DNA of 64,000 bases from Octopus vulgaris. Taxonomy: Eukaryota. Position numbers and translations under genes: made by a program. Under the pieces are notes generated by a model. The model worked only from the letters and a program-made list of their open reading frames with translations. It was not told where the DNA came from and ran no database searches. Numbering within the stretch: the first letter of the stretch is position 1; every line of letters starts with the position of its first letter. Below, piece after piece: positions 37,666-49,813 of this stretch. The stretch lies in the NCBI GenBank assembly GCA_951406725.2, contig OX597824.1:23250001-23314000 (forward strand), given 5' to 3'.

Positions 37666-38512
37666 ACCTTGATAAATAATAATAATACTAATAACGTAAA
37701 ATAAATAAAATGTTATATGTTTTGGTGCATGACTTTTGGTCCGCCCTCTATATACACGCACGCATTATATATAAGCCTCCGACGTTGCAGGGTGCGCTAA
37801 AATGTTTGCGTAAATATCTTATATTGTGATGTAAATACATGCGTCTCATTACGAGTCAACATTCATGATACAAAGAATACAATGACTAGAATTTTTGAAT
37901 GAATTTACTGATGAGATGTTCAATATTGTGTGACCTGAATCAGAACTATTTTGGGACAGAGTAAAGAAACACACACCCTGCCGAGGTTTCCCTTTTTGTT
38001 TTGCATCTAACTGGAGTTTCTTATATAACTTTCTAAACTTTGCACAAAGCCAGCAACTTTGAGTAGATGGGGCAATCGATTACAGATTGGTATTTTATTT
38101 TATCGACCCTGAAATGAAAAGCAATATCGGCTTCGTTGGAATTTGAACGCAGAATGTGAAGAACCGGAAGAAACGACACCAGTCCTTTTATCGACGTGCT
38201 AATGATTCTGCCAGATCGCCAATTTTATTTTAATAATCAATCACTAAATTTTTCAGTGGCAGCCAACCCCTTCTCACCACAATCTGACGCGTTTATTTAT
38301 TTATACAAAACATGAATGAAAGCAATTAACCGCCATTCTTAAAGGGCAGCCATCGACTTTTTCTAGCCAAACGTTTTCTTTTTAAACTATTTAAACGCTG
38401 TTCATAGATTCTTGTGCTTCGAGATCACCCACAAAAATATAAGAAATATATCCACAGGCGAACACACAAAGTACATCACTAAATGATTTTTATAAAAAGA
38501 TTTATGAACAAC

Positions 38513-38872
38513 CAGGCGGAGTGGCTGTGTGGTAGGTAGCTTGTCTACCAACAACATGGTTTCGGGTTCAGTCCCACTGCGTGGCACCTTGGACAAGTGC
38601 CTTCTACTATAGCCTCGGGCCGACCAAAGCCTTGTGAGTGGATTTGGTTGACGCAAACTGAAAGAAGCACGTCGTATATATGTATATATGTGTGTATCTG
38701 TGTTTGTCACCCCCAAAATCGCTTGACAATCGATGCTGATGTGTTTACGTCCCCGTAATTTGGCGGTTCGGTAAAAGGCTTACAATGAATAAGTCCTGGG
38801 GTTGATTTTCTCGAATAAAGGCGGTGCTCCAGCATGGCCGCAGTCAAATGACTGAAACTAGTAAAAGAGAGT
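38513..38872 (+). mobile_element. SINE family A
   Basis: aggcggagtggctgtgtggtagg...ggcggtgctccagcatggccgcagtcaaatgactgaaac. Confidence 0.9.
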
Positions 38873-40126
38873 AACAAGAACTAGTTTTATAAAAGTTTTA
38901 TTTCAATTTTTCCATTTTATTCCAGCATTAACCAGTCGTTTTAAACAATCGAAACCAGTGCACGTCATGATAGAGTTCAGTCTTTTCGTATTTTTTTTTA
39001 CTCTCCCTCCTTTTTTAATATACGTATCATGCAATCTGAGAACTGTAAAAAGAAGAATCAGCACCACTATTATCCATTGCATCAAGAACATCCTTAGACA
39101 ATTTTGTGCTTTCTCTTGTATTCGTGAGTAATTTCTGTAATTAGATTCGGTAGCTTTTCTGTTTTGTAAAAATACAGCCATGTCTATCATTAATACCCTT
39201 AAAACTACGTCTAACTTTATTGATAACAAAACTAACCTATTTTCGTTCTAATTAAAAAATTTTTTCTTGTATGTAACGAGAAATGGTTGATTATTTTCGA
39301 AAGAGTTTGCTGGTTAGTAAACATGAAATGTAAAGTATACAGCTTCACCAAACATTAATCTAACAAAGGATCACCGGACGTTTCGACAGACTTCGTAACT
39401 TTTGGTATTAGGAAAATGCATAATCGTAGGGGTATTGTCGTTGGCATTAAAAAGGCAGTAATGCGTCTGAATCGGTATCCGGCATTTCGTCCTTTACGTT
39501 CCGAGTTCAAAATCTCTTGGGGACGAAATCGCCGTTCACAATTGATAATATCAGTAGTTGTTGGGATCCTGAAGTCTATTTAATCGATGTACCCCTTCCT
39601 CAGACCTGGTGGTGTTGTACCAAATATAATTAGCATCTGCTGACACAAAATGTCCCCTACATCTAAATTTTATCCATAGGGCATGCGACTGCTTCAGATA
39701 CAAAGCGTTTCATTAATTAGACGAGGAAGGAAAAAAAAATATGACTAATGTTTTGTTAATGCTTCAAAGAAATTGGAAGAAAATACAACCACATTTTATA
39801 AACTGTTACTTTCTCAGATGCTGTAGGAAATTTTGTCGGTGAACAGGTCGCGATGTCAAAGCGACGAAATTATTTTGACAAATTAAATTTGAAAGTTGAA
39901 TTGAATATAACGGTTTTTGTGTGTTTTAATTTTTTTTAATGGTTTATAAACACCTTCCATGCTGCAATATTAAAAAAAAAAATCTTTATTTTAAATATGC
40001 AACATAAAACAAGACAATGAGATTTTAATATCTCAAAATGATTCTTTAGTTTAATAGCGGAGCAATATATTCACATGTGTATAATATACCTCTCAATCGA
40101 TTTATAATAAAGTTTATATATAATAT

Positions 40127-43100
40127 TTAATATTCTTCTATCTCATCTTCCGTTTCAGCTGAATCAATACCAACTTCTTCATAATCTTTCTCCAACGCAG
40201 CCAAATCTTCGCGCGCTTCCGAAAACTCACCTTCCTCCATACCTTCACCAACATACCAATGAACAAAAGCTCGCTTGGCATACATTAAGTCAAATTTACG
40301 ATTCAGACGGGCCCAAGCGTCAGCAATAGCTGTCGTATTGCTCAGCGAGCACACGGCCCGTTGGACCTTGGCCATATCTCCTCCAGGGACAACGGTTGGG
40401 GATTGGGAATTGATACCAACTTTAAACCCTGTTGGGCACCAATCCACAAACTTGATGGATTTTTTATTTTTAATTGCTGCAATAGCAACGTTAACATCTT
40501 TCGAGACCACATCGCCTCGGAACAACATACAACAAGCCATGTACTTCCCACGGTGAGGGTCACATTTAACCATCTGATTACCGGTTTCAAAGCACGCGTT
40601 TGTTATTTCAGAAACATTTAACTGCTCGTGGTACGCTTTCTCAACCGATATTATTGGTGCATACGAAATCAATGGGAAATGAATACGCGGATAAGGTACC
40701 AGGTTGGTTTGAAACTCGGTTAAATCAACATTAAGGGACCCATCAAACCTTAGAGAAGCAGTAATAGAGCTCACTACCTGAGCAATCGGACGATTAAGGT
40801 TGATGTATCTTGGATACCCAACATCTAAATGCCTTTTACAGATATCATAAATTGCTTCATTGTCGACCATGAAAGCGCAGTCACAATGCTCTAGAGTGGT
40901 ATGAGTGGTTAAGACGGAATTGTACGGTTCTACTACAGCTGTAGAAATTCGTGGTGCCGGATAGACTGAAAATTGAAGCTTTGTCTTTTTACCAAAGTCA
41001 ACACTCAGGCGCTCCATTAGCAGAGACGTAAATCCAGAACCGGTGCCGCCACCGAAACTATGAAAAATCAAGAAGCCCTGGAGGCCAGAGCATTGTTCAG
41101 TTACTTTATGAATTTGGTCACAGACCGAATCAATGATTTCCTTGCCAACGGTATAGTGACCCCTGGCGTAATTGTTGGCTGCATCCTCTTTACCACTGAT
41201 GAGTTGGTTCGGGTGAAATAACTGGCTGTATTTTCCAACGCGTATTTCATCTGGAAAATAAGATTTTGAGCAATAATATATCAAACTGGCAATATAAAAA
41301 TTAAAAGAGTTTTCTTATATTAGAGGAGTATGAAATGTAGAGATTCTCAGACAGTTACTTGCTTATCAGTTCAACAAAATACTTCCATGTACGACATTCC
41401 TCAGAATATACTGCTAACAATACTTACATTCAAATACCGGATACATAAACATTCACTATTCCTCTCACATTTAACCGATTTTATAATCGACACATTTTAC
41501 TGCTGTGATCAGTTCTGTTGTACAACAGAATTTTGAAATATTGTCCAATATTCGAGAAAACGGCGTTCGGAAATATAGCAGTAAAAAAGGAACCACTGCT
41601 TCATCACAAATCTTCGAGTTTTTTTTCCAACAGAAAAACATAGAAGATTGACTAACCAGAACATTAAATGCGCGACAGGGCAATTCCTTAATTTATTTTT
41701 GTAAATACAATTTTGAAACGTTTATACTTACCGATAACTGAGGGCTCCAAATCTACGAATATGGCTCTGGGGACACGTTTCCCAGAGCCTATCTCATGAA
41801 AGAACGTACTAGACGAATCATTAACACCGGAAGATTCAAATGATACTTGACCATTTTGTTGGATTCCATGTTCAAGGCAATAGAGCTCCCAACAAGCGTT
41901 ACCTATTTGGACGCCTGCTTGTCCTATGTGAACGCTGATACATTCTCTCTGAAAAAAAAAAAAAGTTGTATAATAGAATTATTTTAAAAGCTAGAGAAAT
42001 CGGACAAAAGTGGGAGTTGAGCCCAAAAGGGAGCATTGCCGTGGTGTACTGCCTGTTAGAAATAGCAGTCAAATTCCTTCCGATCATACCCTATTGATTA
42101 ACAAAATGTTTATATCACGCGAACTCTAAATTTGGAAAAGATAGAAATGGTAACTGAAACGCATTTTTAACACAAATTTTCGCCAACAAGGTTTCGTGAG
42201 GTTTCAACAAGAGCCATGCAGAGCTACATAAGAACCTTTAAAATGTTTTGGAGAAATGAAAATAACTGCAATAAGTTGTCTGAGAGCTAAACCATTATAC
42301 CACAAGAGATAATAGCACAAGATTTATAAATTCAAATCTAATTAAGCACACAAATATTTTAAAACAACCTTCATGTTTAATGTAAGTATTCCGTTCTACT
42401 TCATTTCAACACCACTTTACATCGAGACAGTTTCTTCCAGTATAGCTGTGGGTCAATCTAGTAAACGGAAATGGATTTAGCGGTGGCCATGTGGACGCCC
42501 GTCAAATAAACTGTAAGGGAAAGTGCACAATGACAATATTTTTTAAAATGTGCGCTCCCTTACGAAAACTATATCAGTTAAGCAAATGACCTTCCCTAAA
42601 TTCTTTAAAAAATAATCTAACACTTTAGACAATTATTGCAGTTCTGAGTATATAAAACAAATTTAGCTGGAGCCAAATGCGTAAACCAAAATAAGATAAA
42701 TCTGCCTCTTCAGTTCTCCAGAATCACATTCGAAAACAGACTCGTACATCAATATTTATCGTTAGACACCAGAAAGATCAAAAACTAAAAGAAATTAAAT
42801 ATCTCGGTCAAATGAAAGGCGATCAAAGGAAAACGATACACATGAAAATAAAACTCGACTAAAGCTAAAATATTCTCCACAGTTTCTTTACGATCTGCTG
42901 GGGTAGCTCTTCCCGAGAGATTTATACACGAAGCAGTTAAAGTAGGATTGAAATTAGTCACTCCTTTTACACTATTTTAGACATTTTTTGAAACCCGACG
43001 TGTTAACAGTAAAAGCTATACGGCAGACACGGAAAACATACCCAGAAAATATTGCAGTTTCACAATAGAGACTATATTAAGTAAATGAAAATATTAGTAA

Positions 43101-43959
43101 ATTCTGACAAACGATTTAAATTCAAAATTGTATTTAATATTTTTTTATATAGTGCTAAATACAATTTTGTGAAGATTAGATGGTTAATGTAGACCGAATT
43201 GAAAGTAAATACAGTTTCGTAATACAAAAATTGTTAATGGGTTAATTCTAAGCAAGGGATGCGAATAGAGGGGTAATGTTTCTAATGAAGAGGGATTGTG
43301 TAAGTCTATATTCCTTCGTTGTAAATTTTGAAGAGTTTTTCTCTAAGTTCTCACGGTCGTCGTCATGTAGCTCTAGATCAAATCACTGATTTAAAAAAAT
43401 TCTTAACGACATACTAACTAAAAATCAAAGGTTTTTTTCTAAATGCTTTTAAAGTTTTCTATACGTCTGTTTCTCATGTAATGTAGTATGCGGTTACATG
43501 GCAACTTTTGGCTGTCATGTTGCTTTGAAATCTAGATGAAAATTCTATTTTATAAAATTCAATATTTTTTGCTATTATGCAAAAGGGTCGAAAGTCCCAA
43601 ACGCTGCTTTTTCAGAAGGAAAAAAGTTTCACCATTCCACAGAAAAACCGTTGTACTGCACTTTGACAATTTTCGATATCTTGCCATCTGAAGCAACTAG
43701 AGATACAATATTTCGACCAAAAGAACCGGCTATTGCAAATAAAAATAAATACTGAATAAAACGTATTTGGCTAAATTTAGACGCACGAAAGTTTAACAGA
43801 ATAGCAACCATATAAACATTGCGAAAGCAAGAAAAGAATTTCACTAATAAATCTGAACAAAATATTTTGTAAATGTGAATAAAGGTTATTATATTCAAAA
43901 CTGGATTTCCTATAACTTTGTAGAGACAGACTGGAAATAAACCGTTGCAAATTTACCAT
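40127..43959 (-). CDS. TUBA: Alpha-tubulin copy 2 (divergent, intact, 447 aa)
   Basis: Exons 43957-43959 (ATG|GT), 41732-41948 (217 nt) and 40127-41250 (1124 nt), all GT-AG. Spliced product [13 protein letters not shown]...[13 protein letters not shown]...GGGTGSG...[10 protein letters not shown]...[16 protein letters not shown]...EEY* has no stop or frameshift. Confidence 0.93.
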
Positions 43960-44285
43960 TGTTGTTGCGCTGTTTCTGTACCGTTCAAAGTGGAGTCAAT
44001 AAACAAGACGGTGGTTTTGCTCTTGGCCTTGCTACAAATAGTAATATTTCTTACTCTCCTCCTACTCTTACTCTTATACTACTCCGTGTTAGCCAATTGT
44101 GATCGTATGTTCGAAGACAGTCTCAAACTGAAGGGTGTGATTTTGAGGGGGGTAATAAATTAATTTTGATTTAATTTTCTTTTTTTCAATTTAACACCCC
44201 TATAACTACAAATGGCTAAACTTAACGGAATGGTTCACATATTGAAATAATTTCATCAACTAATAAACCGAAAGAACAGAGAGGT

Positions 44286-46217
44286 TGTTTTATTATTACC
44301 CACAAGGGGCGAACATAGATGGGACAATACAATCGGGAAAATGAATAATGAATTATGAAGTTTGTACAATGTGGTGTAATGCCCACTCAATTCCCCGAAA
44401 TCGAGCGGTTACATTTCGTCATTTGTTTTTTATTCGTCAACAATATTTTCCAAATAAAACATTTTTATACATTTTCAACATACATTTCAAAAATTTTACA
44501 AAGTTCAACATTTTTTTTTTCCAGAATTTAAAGTTCTTTTTATCATTTCCAAATTAAAGTTTTCACAATACCTTTTCTTTTATATATACTCCATTATCTC
44601 TACCAAATCTGAGTAAACTTCCATCGTTCGTGGCCACCTTGTAAGTCGGCATTTCATATGTTTTGACACGTTCTTGCCAGCTGCCTCGATGAACGCCTCG
44701 GCGTCGTTCTCGTGGACGAGTGCACCTGTTTCTTTCCATTCGGTGCCCATCCTGACCCACGTATATCCATTTGTTACGTTTATTAAATCTTCCATCTCCT
44801 CACAGTGCCTGTGATGGATCAACGTTCCATAGTATTTGAATTTTCTATTCGTACCTACGTTTTCTCTAGTTTTTCTCTTAGGACTTACTTCCTCTTTTTT
44901 CTCCTCCCTCGGTTTCTCTCTTTCTCTCTTTTTGCTTTCTCTTCTTTCTTTTTCCTTCTCTTGTCTTTTTGGCTCTTTGTCTGCCATCTCTCTACCCTGT
45001 GCCTTAAGTTCCTTTCCTGTTGTTTCTTTTCCTTTTTGCATACCATCTTTTCCTTTCTCTTGGTTCTGTTCCTTCTCTTGTTCTTTTCCTGCTTTTTCTC
45101 TTTCCTTTAATGTACTTTCCTTTTCTTTCTCTTGCTTCTGCCTTGGCTCCTTCTCCACTACTTCTGCACCCTGTGAATTTTGTTCCTTTTCTACTATCTT
45201 CTTCCCTTTGTTTTCATTTTCCTTCAGTGCGCTGTTACTTCCCTTCTCTTGTTGTTTCTCCGTTATTTCCTTTTCCTTGTTTTCGCTGTTCTTTCCTTCG
45301 TGTTCGTTTTCCTTCTCTCCACTTTGTGTCTCTTTTTGCTCCGCTGTGAATTCATACAGCGGGCATTCCTTTTTATGTGCCCTCTTGATCCGCACAGGTA
45401 GCAATTCGGTTTTCTGCCTTCCACTATTACACTAATTGTTTTCTCGTTTTCTATTTCTATTTGGAAGGGAAATCTTTCGATGTCTTCCATTGTGGCCATC
45501 AGCCACAACTCTACTCCGAATCCCTTCCAATTTACAACGTTCGTCTCCTTAATTGACCCTATTTCTACTTCCTCTTTTGCTGCCCCAATAATGGCTGTTA
45601 CCAGCATTTCTGTTTTAATATCTGGGGGCACCTTTGGGACTCTTACCCGTACCCCTCGTCTTCCTTTATACGTCGGCCACATGGTGAAATTTTCCGCTTT
45701 CAGGACAGTGGAAGCCAATGAGGCCGCCACTTCCTTTGTTGCGCATCTCACCTCCAACGTACCATATTTCTTCCCTCTGTCTACAAAAGTCGCTTTTTTC
45801 ATGATGTCCCCCAGACATTTCTCTATTTCTTCAATCGTCACTCTCACCAGTTTTCTCGTGTTTCTATCTTACGTTCTATACGTTATCGTCTTGTTATTTC
45901 TCTCTTCTATTGTTTCCACAGGCGGGACCAGCTTCACGCTGTCACCTTCCCTTTTGACGTACTTCTCGTATTCCTTCAATTGTTCTTTTCTAATGAACAC
46001 TTCTTTTATTCTAAGTGACTCGTCACTTTTTGTTGTGGCGACCCCCGCGTAAGTCTCCATGACTTGAGGGTCGACACACCTTCTATAAAAGGTTCAAACA
46101 CGCAGCGGCAAACGCCTCGCGCGATTCAATTTTTTGACAATTTTTAACAGTTTTTTTTTCCAATTTTCACATACAAAATAACTCACAACACACGTGGGTA
46201 GATTTCCTCCAGGTGTT
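44286..46217 (-). mobile_element. ORF1-only non-LTR retro-element (Tx1/L1-type ORF1 with CCHC zinc knuckle), 1932 bp, 18-bp TSD
   Basis: TSD ccgaaagaacagagaggt at 44268-44285 and 46218-46235; empty sites at ~25085 and ~55925. One broken ORF 46060-44580 (stop 45869-71; -1 in T-run 45370-74) restores C-YL-C-GSRG-H-IKKE-C, followed by a K/E-rich region. No RT or endonuclease motifs seen. Confidence 0.85.
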
Positions 46218-47062
46218 CCGAAAGAACAGAGAGGTGGGAGTTGAAGTTCTTGCATACGGAGCACCAAAATTTAAATCTGAAAAGGAACAACGAAGATACT
46301 ATTTGAACGTGATAATTTTTCAAATGAAATTGGATTATTTTGCTTTTATTCTTTAGTGGTGAAAGGTATGTTTAGAAGATTTAATTAAATTCACAAACTG
46401 AGAATGACGTTTTAGTTTCAATCTCCATCTGAAGTCACTTCTGTTTATTTAATGCCCTGAAGTAACTTCAGTTTAATGAGTCCGCTGTAGTCATCGAAAA
46501 AAATGAATATTCAAGCCTCCTATTTTTCTTCCTTCTACAAAATTAACTTGGGAATGTTATGAGTTATGATTTTTTAAAGATTGATCACCAAATACAGAAG
46601 CAAGCATAATCATACAACTCCGGACACATAATGTCTTTTAATGTTTTCCTACATCCCTTCACATCTATTCCGAAATCCCAGGAGAGTTGCTACAACTTTT
46701 GTCCGTCTGAATCATTGTTTGTTCCTTTTCGAACCCCGCCTGGATCATTAGGGCCGGTTTCCCGGTTTTCTTGGCGTATAGGTTCCCCACCTTGGACGGG
46801 ACCGGTCCGTCCCAGGTGAACTGCAAGGTGCAGGAGGAAAGAGTGAGAAAAAGTTGTGGTGAAAGAGTCAGCAGAAGTTCGCCATTACCTTCTGCTGGAG
46901 CCGCGTGGAGCTTAGGTGTTTCGCTCATAAACACACACATCGCCCGGTCTGTGATTCGAACCCACGATCCCTCGACCGCGAGTCCGCTGCTCTAACCACT
47001 GGGCCATGTGCCTCCACATCTGAATCATTAAGGCATAATTATCCACAAAGTACAGAAGATCA

Positions 47063-47529
47063 TGTAAAGGGAACTGGTTGCTTCTTTACACTTTTGGGGT
47101 GCAACACAATCTCCTTTCTTTTTGTTTCTAGAAACTACCAGTCAGGAACGAAAAGCAACTTTAGAAATATATAATTCTTTATTCTCTTATTCAACAATGA
47201 AACACAATGGTATACTGGTATCCATTCTTACAACAATTCAGCAGCAATAGATAGGTTAAATCCCAAGCGTCTTGGACAGGAGAATAGGTTGATCACACGT
47301 ATGAAAATACGTCCTTTCTCTTCGATCGCCGTGCCTCAAGTCCCCGAACGCTATTAAGGAACGCTATAGAATTTATTCTTCAGTCTCTAGCGCATGTGCA
47401 TGGGGAAACTTCTTTATGCCTTTCCAGAAGGCTCCAACCCAGCACACGCACACTGAAGAAAGACGTTCCGCACACGCACACTGAAGAATGACGTTGCGTG
47501 TGCGCACACTGAAATATGACGTCACTACA
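47063..47529. mobile_element. Solo LTR (TGTA...TACA, 467 bp, 4-bp TSD ATCA)
   Basis: ATCA(47059-62)|TGTAAAGG...GTCACTACA|ATCA(47530-33). Empty site gaagatcatttaaaa at ~25941 and ~56784. Confidence 0.85.
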
Positions 47530-47609
47530 ATCATTTAAAAATTTGGAATTCATATATTTAAAAAAAAATTATTACAATATGCATTTATTTTATAATAATT
47601 TTGATCCAA

Positions 47610-49150
47610 AGCCAGTGTGCACATAGGCAAACCGCATCAGGTCGTGTAGGTTCGTATCTAGATAGAGTATTCTACAGGTCAGTTGATAATGATAGCATAG
47701 GTGATCCATATTTCAAAATGTTCAGCTACACGTAATCCAAATTTGTCATCTACACGGTCGACCTAGATAAGCGTCGTAGACTGGAAGCCGGTTACTGCAA
47801 AAATTTTCCAACCAAATTTTCGAAAAAACCTTTTGAAAATTTTCCTCAAAAATCTTTGAAAATTTTTCCTAAACATTTTGGAAAACCCCGTGTATCTCCC
47901 GCAAACTTCGGATATTTCCGGTAAATTCCGGCAATCTCCAGCAATTTCCGGTGATCTCGGACAATTTGCGGCAAACTCCGGTAATCTACGGCAATTTCCG
48001 GCAATATCTGGTTATTTCCGGCAATCTCCGGCAATTTCCGATAATTTCCGGCTATCTCCAGCAATGTCTGGTAATTAACGACAATTTCCGGCAATCTTCG
48101 GCAATCTCCGGCAATCTTTTTTTCAAAAATTTTATAAAATTTTGCAAAAAAATTTACAATTTTCCTTAAAAATTTTTTTTGAAAATTTTCCTCAAAAATA
48201 TTTGAAAATTTTCCCAAAATTCTTTGAAAATTTTCCTAAAAAACTTTTGGAAATTCTCAAAAATTTTTGAAAATTTTCCCCCAAAATTTTTGAAAATTTT
48301 AAAAAAATTTTTGAAAATTTTTCTCAAAAATTTTTGAAAATTTTACCCCAAAATTTTTGAAAAAAGTTTTTGAAAATTTTTGAAAATATCCCTCAAAAAC
48401 TTTTGAAAAATTTTTTGAAAATTAGTAAATCTGCCACAAAAGATGAGTTGTCCTTTCTAGTTTAGATTAGAATCGATTAAGTTGAAGAACCTAAAGGCGA
48501 TAGAGAAAATTGAACAGAGGGAGACTGAGAAACCTACAAGAGGCGCTTAGGAAAGGAATCGCATCAATTCTTTAATGCAAAGCATGAAGTCTGCATTGTC
48601 AGATCTAGATGCCTGCTGTGAGACGCGAGAGGAGAAAGCTGAGAGATGGAACCGAGTGATGGAGGTGCAACGTGGCAACAAAACCACCGTTCGGTTTTTG
48701 GTGGACCATAATTGGTGCATGCTAGTCGAGCGACTCTCAGCAAGGGAAACAAAGTGTTGCAAGAAGCCCCGGAAATACGGGAATCAATAATTAACCGCAC
48801 GGGATATGAAGCGTCTGATTTTGATGGTTTACCCTACGAGCTTTACTTTTGCTTGCAAAACTTGCTCGGAAACCTCTTGGCATCAGGTAACAGAACGGGA
48901 AATTTTCTAGTTCTGTGGGCCGAAGAGCGGTAACGTTGCTGAGAAAGGGTTCAAACAGGATGAACCACATAGATAATTTCTGGCCCATAACATTGCTAAA
49001 TGCAGATGTCAAAGTTTCGGCCAGTGTTGGAAAATAGGTTGGTTGTCACTTGTCAATGGTTTCATTGGTGATGCGCAAATATTCACCATCTATCCACGAC
49101 ATCCACCATGTCATTGTGATACATCATAGAGAGGTGGAATAAAGAGAGTA
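47610..49150 (+). mobile_element. Duplicate of the Tx1/L1 ORF2 relic, interrupted by a satellite-like insert
   Basis: Colinear with 26030-27000. Confidence 0.75.
47800..48422. repeat. Satellite-like insert: TTTTGAAAA(A)TTTT repeats flanking a 10-bp (TCCGGCAATY)n array
   Basis: Directly visible. Absent from unit 1; the first ~65 bp are present at 57045-57112. Confidence 0.85.
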
Positions 49151-49343
49151 GCATAGGTGGGTCCTTGATCATTGCAAACCCTTCAAGGCAGTGTCCCAGC
49201 ATGGCTGCAGTCCAATGTCTGACGAAATAAAAGAAAAAAAAAAGATAAAAGATAGTTAAACCAAGAAAAAGTTCAGGTAGCTGTCACACTCGAATAGTAG
49301 CACATATTCTTTCACTAATTCTTTTAGGTGTCAGTGTAAATGC

Positions 49344-49650
49344 GGGGTTGATAAAATAAGTACCAGTTACGCACTGGGGTCGATGTAATCGACTTAATCC
49401 GTTTGTCTGTCCTTGTTTGTCCTCTCTGTGTTTAGGCCCTTGTGGGTAGTAAAGAAATAGGTATTTCGTCTGTCGCTACGTTCTGAGTTCACATTCCGCC
49501 GAGGTCGACTTTGTTTTTCATCCTTTCGGGATCGATTAAATAAGTACCAGTTACGCACTGAGGTCGATATAATCGACTTAATCCCTTTGTCTGTCCTTGT
49601 TTGTCCCCCCCCCCGTGTGTAGCGCCTTGTGGGTAGTAAAGAAATAAGAA
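49344..49650 (+). mobile_element. 5'-truncated SINE family B dimer at the junction of duplication units 2 and 3
   Basis: Junction aaagaaata|ggtatttcg at 49459/49460. Homology with unit 1 stops at 49344. Confidence 0.85.
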
Positions 49651-49813
49651 ACGTTAGAAAATTTACTACTCTTGTGCATCAACGAGAAGCAAATCGCAGA
49701 GGATACGATTACGGAGATCATTATCAGCGACAAAGCACCAGCGTTGGATGGGGATCATCTTGGAATATCGACAGAAGAGACATTAGCAGTGATGAAACTA
49801 ACATTTTTTGAGA

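Noticed and set aside
37908-37975. CTGATGA...GAAAC hammerhead-like pair
   Set aside because: No convincing stem II pairing and no UH cleavage triplet after GAAAC.
39375-39400. Minus-strand ...ACGAAGTCTGTCGAAACGTC resembling a minimal hammerhead
   Set aside because: CUGA core absent and stems I and II do not pair.
47846-48217. 123-aa repeat ORF (LPEIAGNYRK-like) and possible CRISPR-like periodicity
   Set aside because: Translation of a 10-bp tandem repeat; no unique spacers, eukaryotic context, and absent from the paralogous unit.
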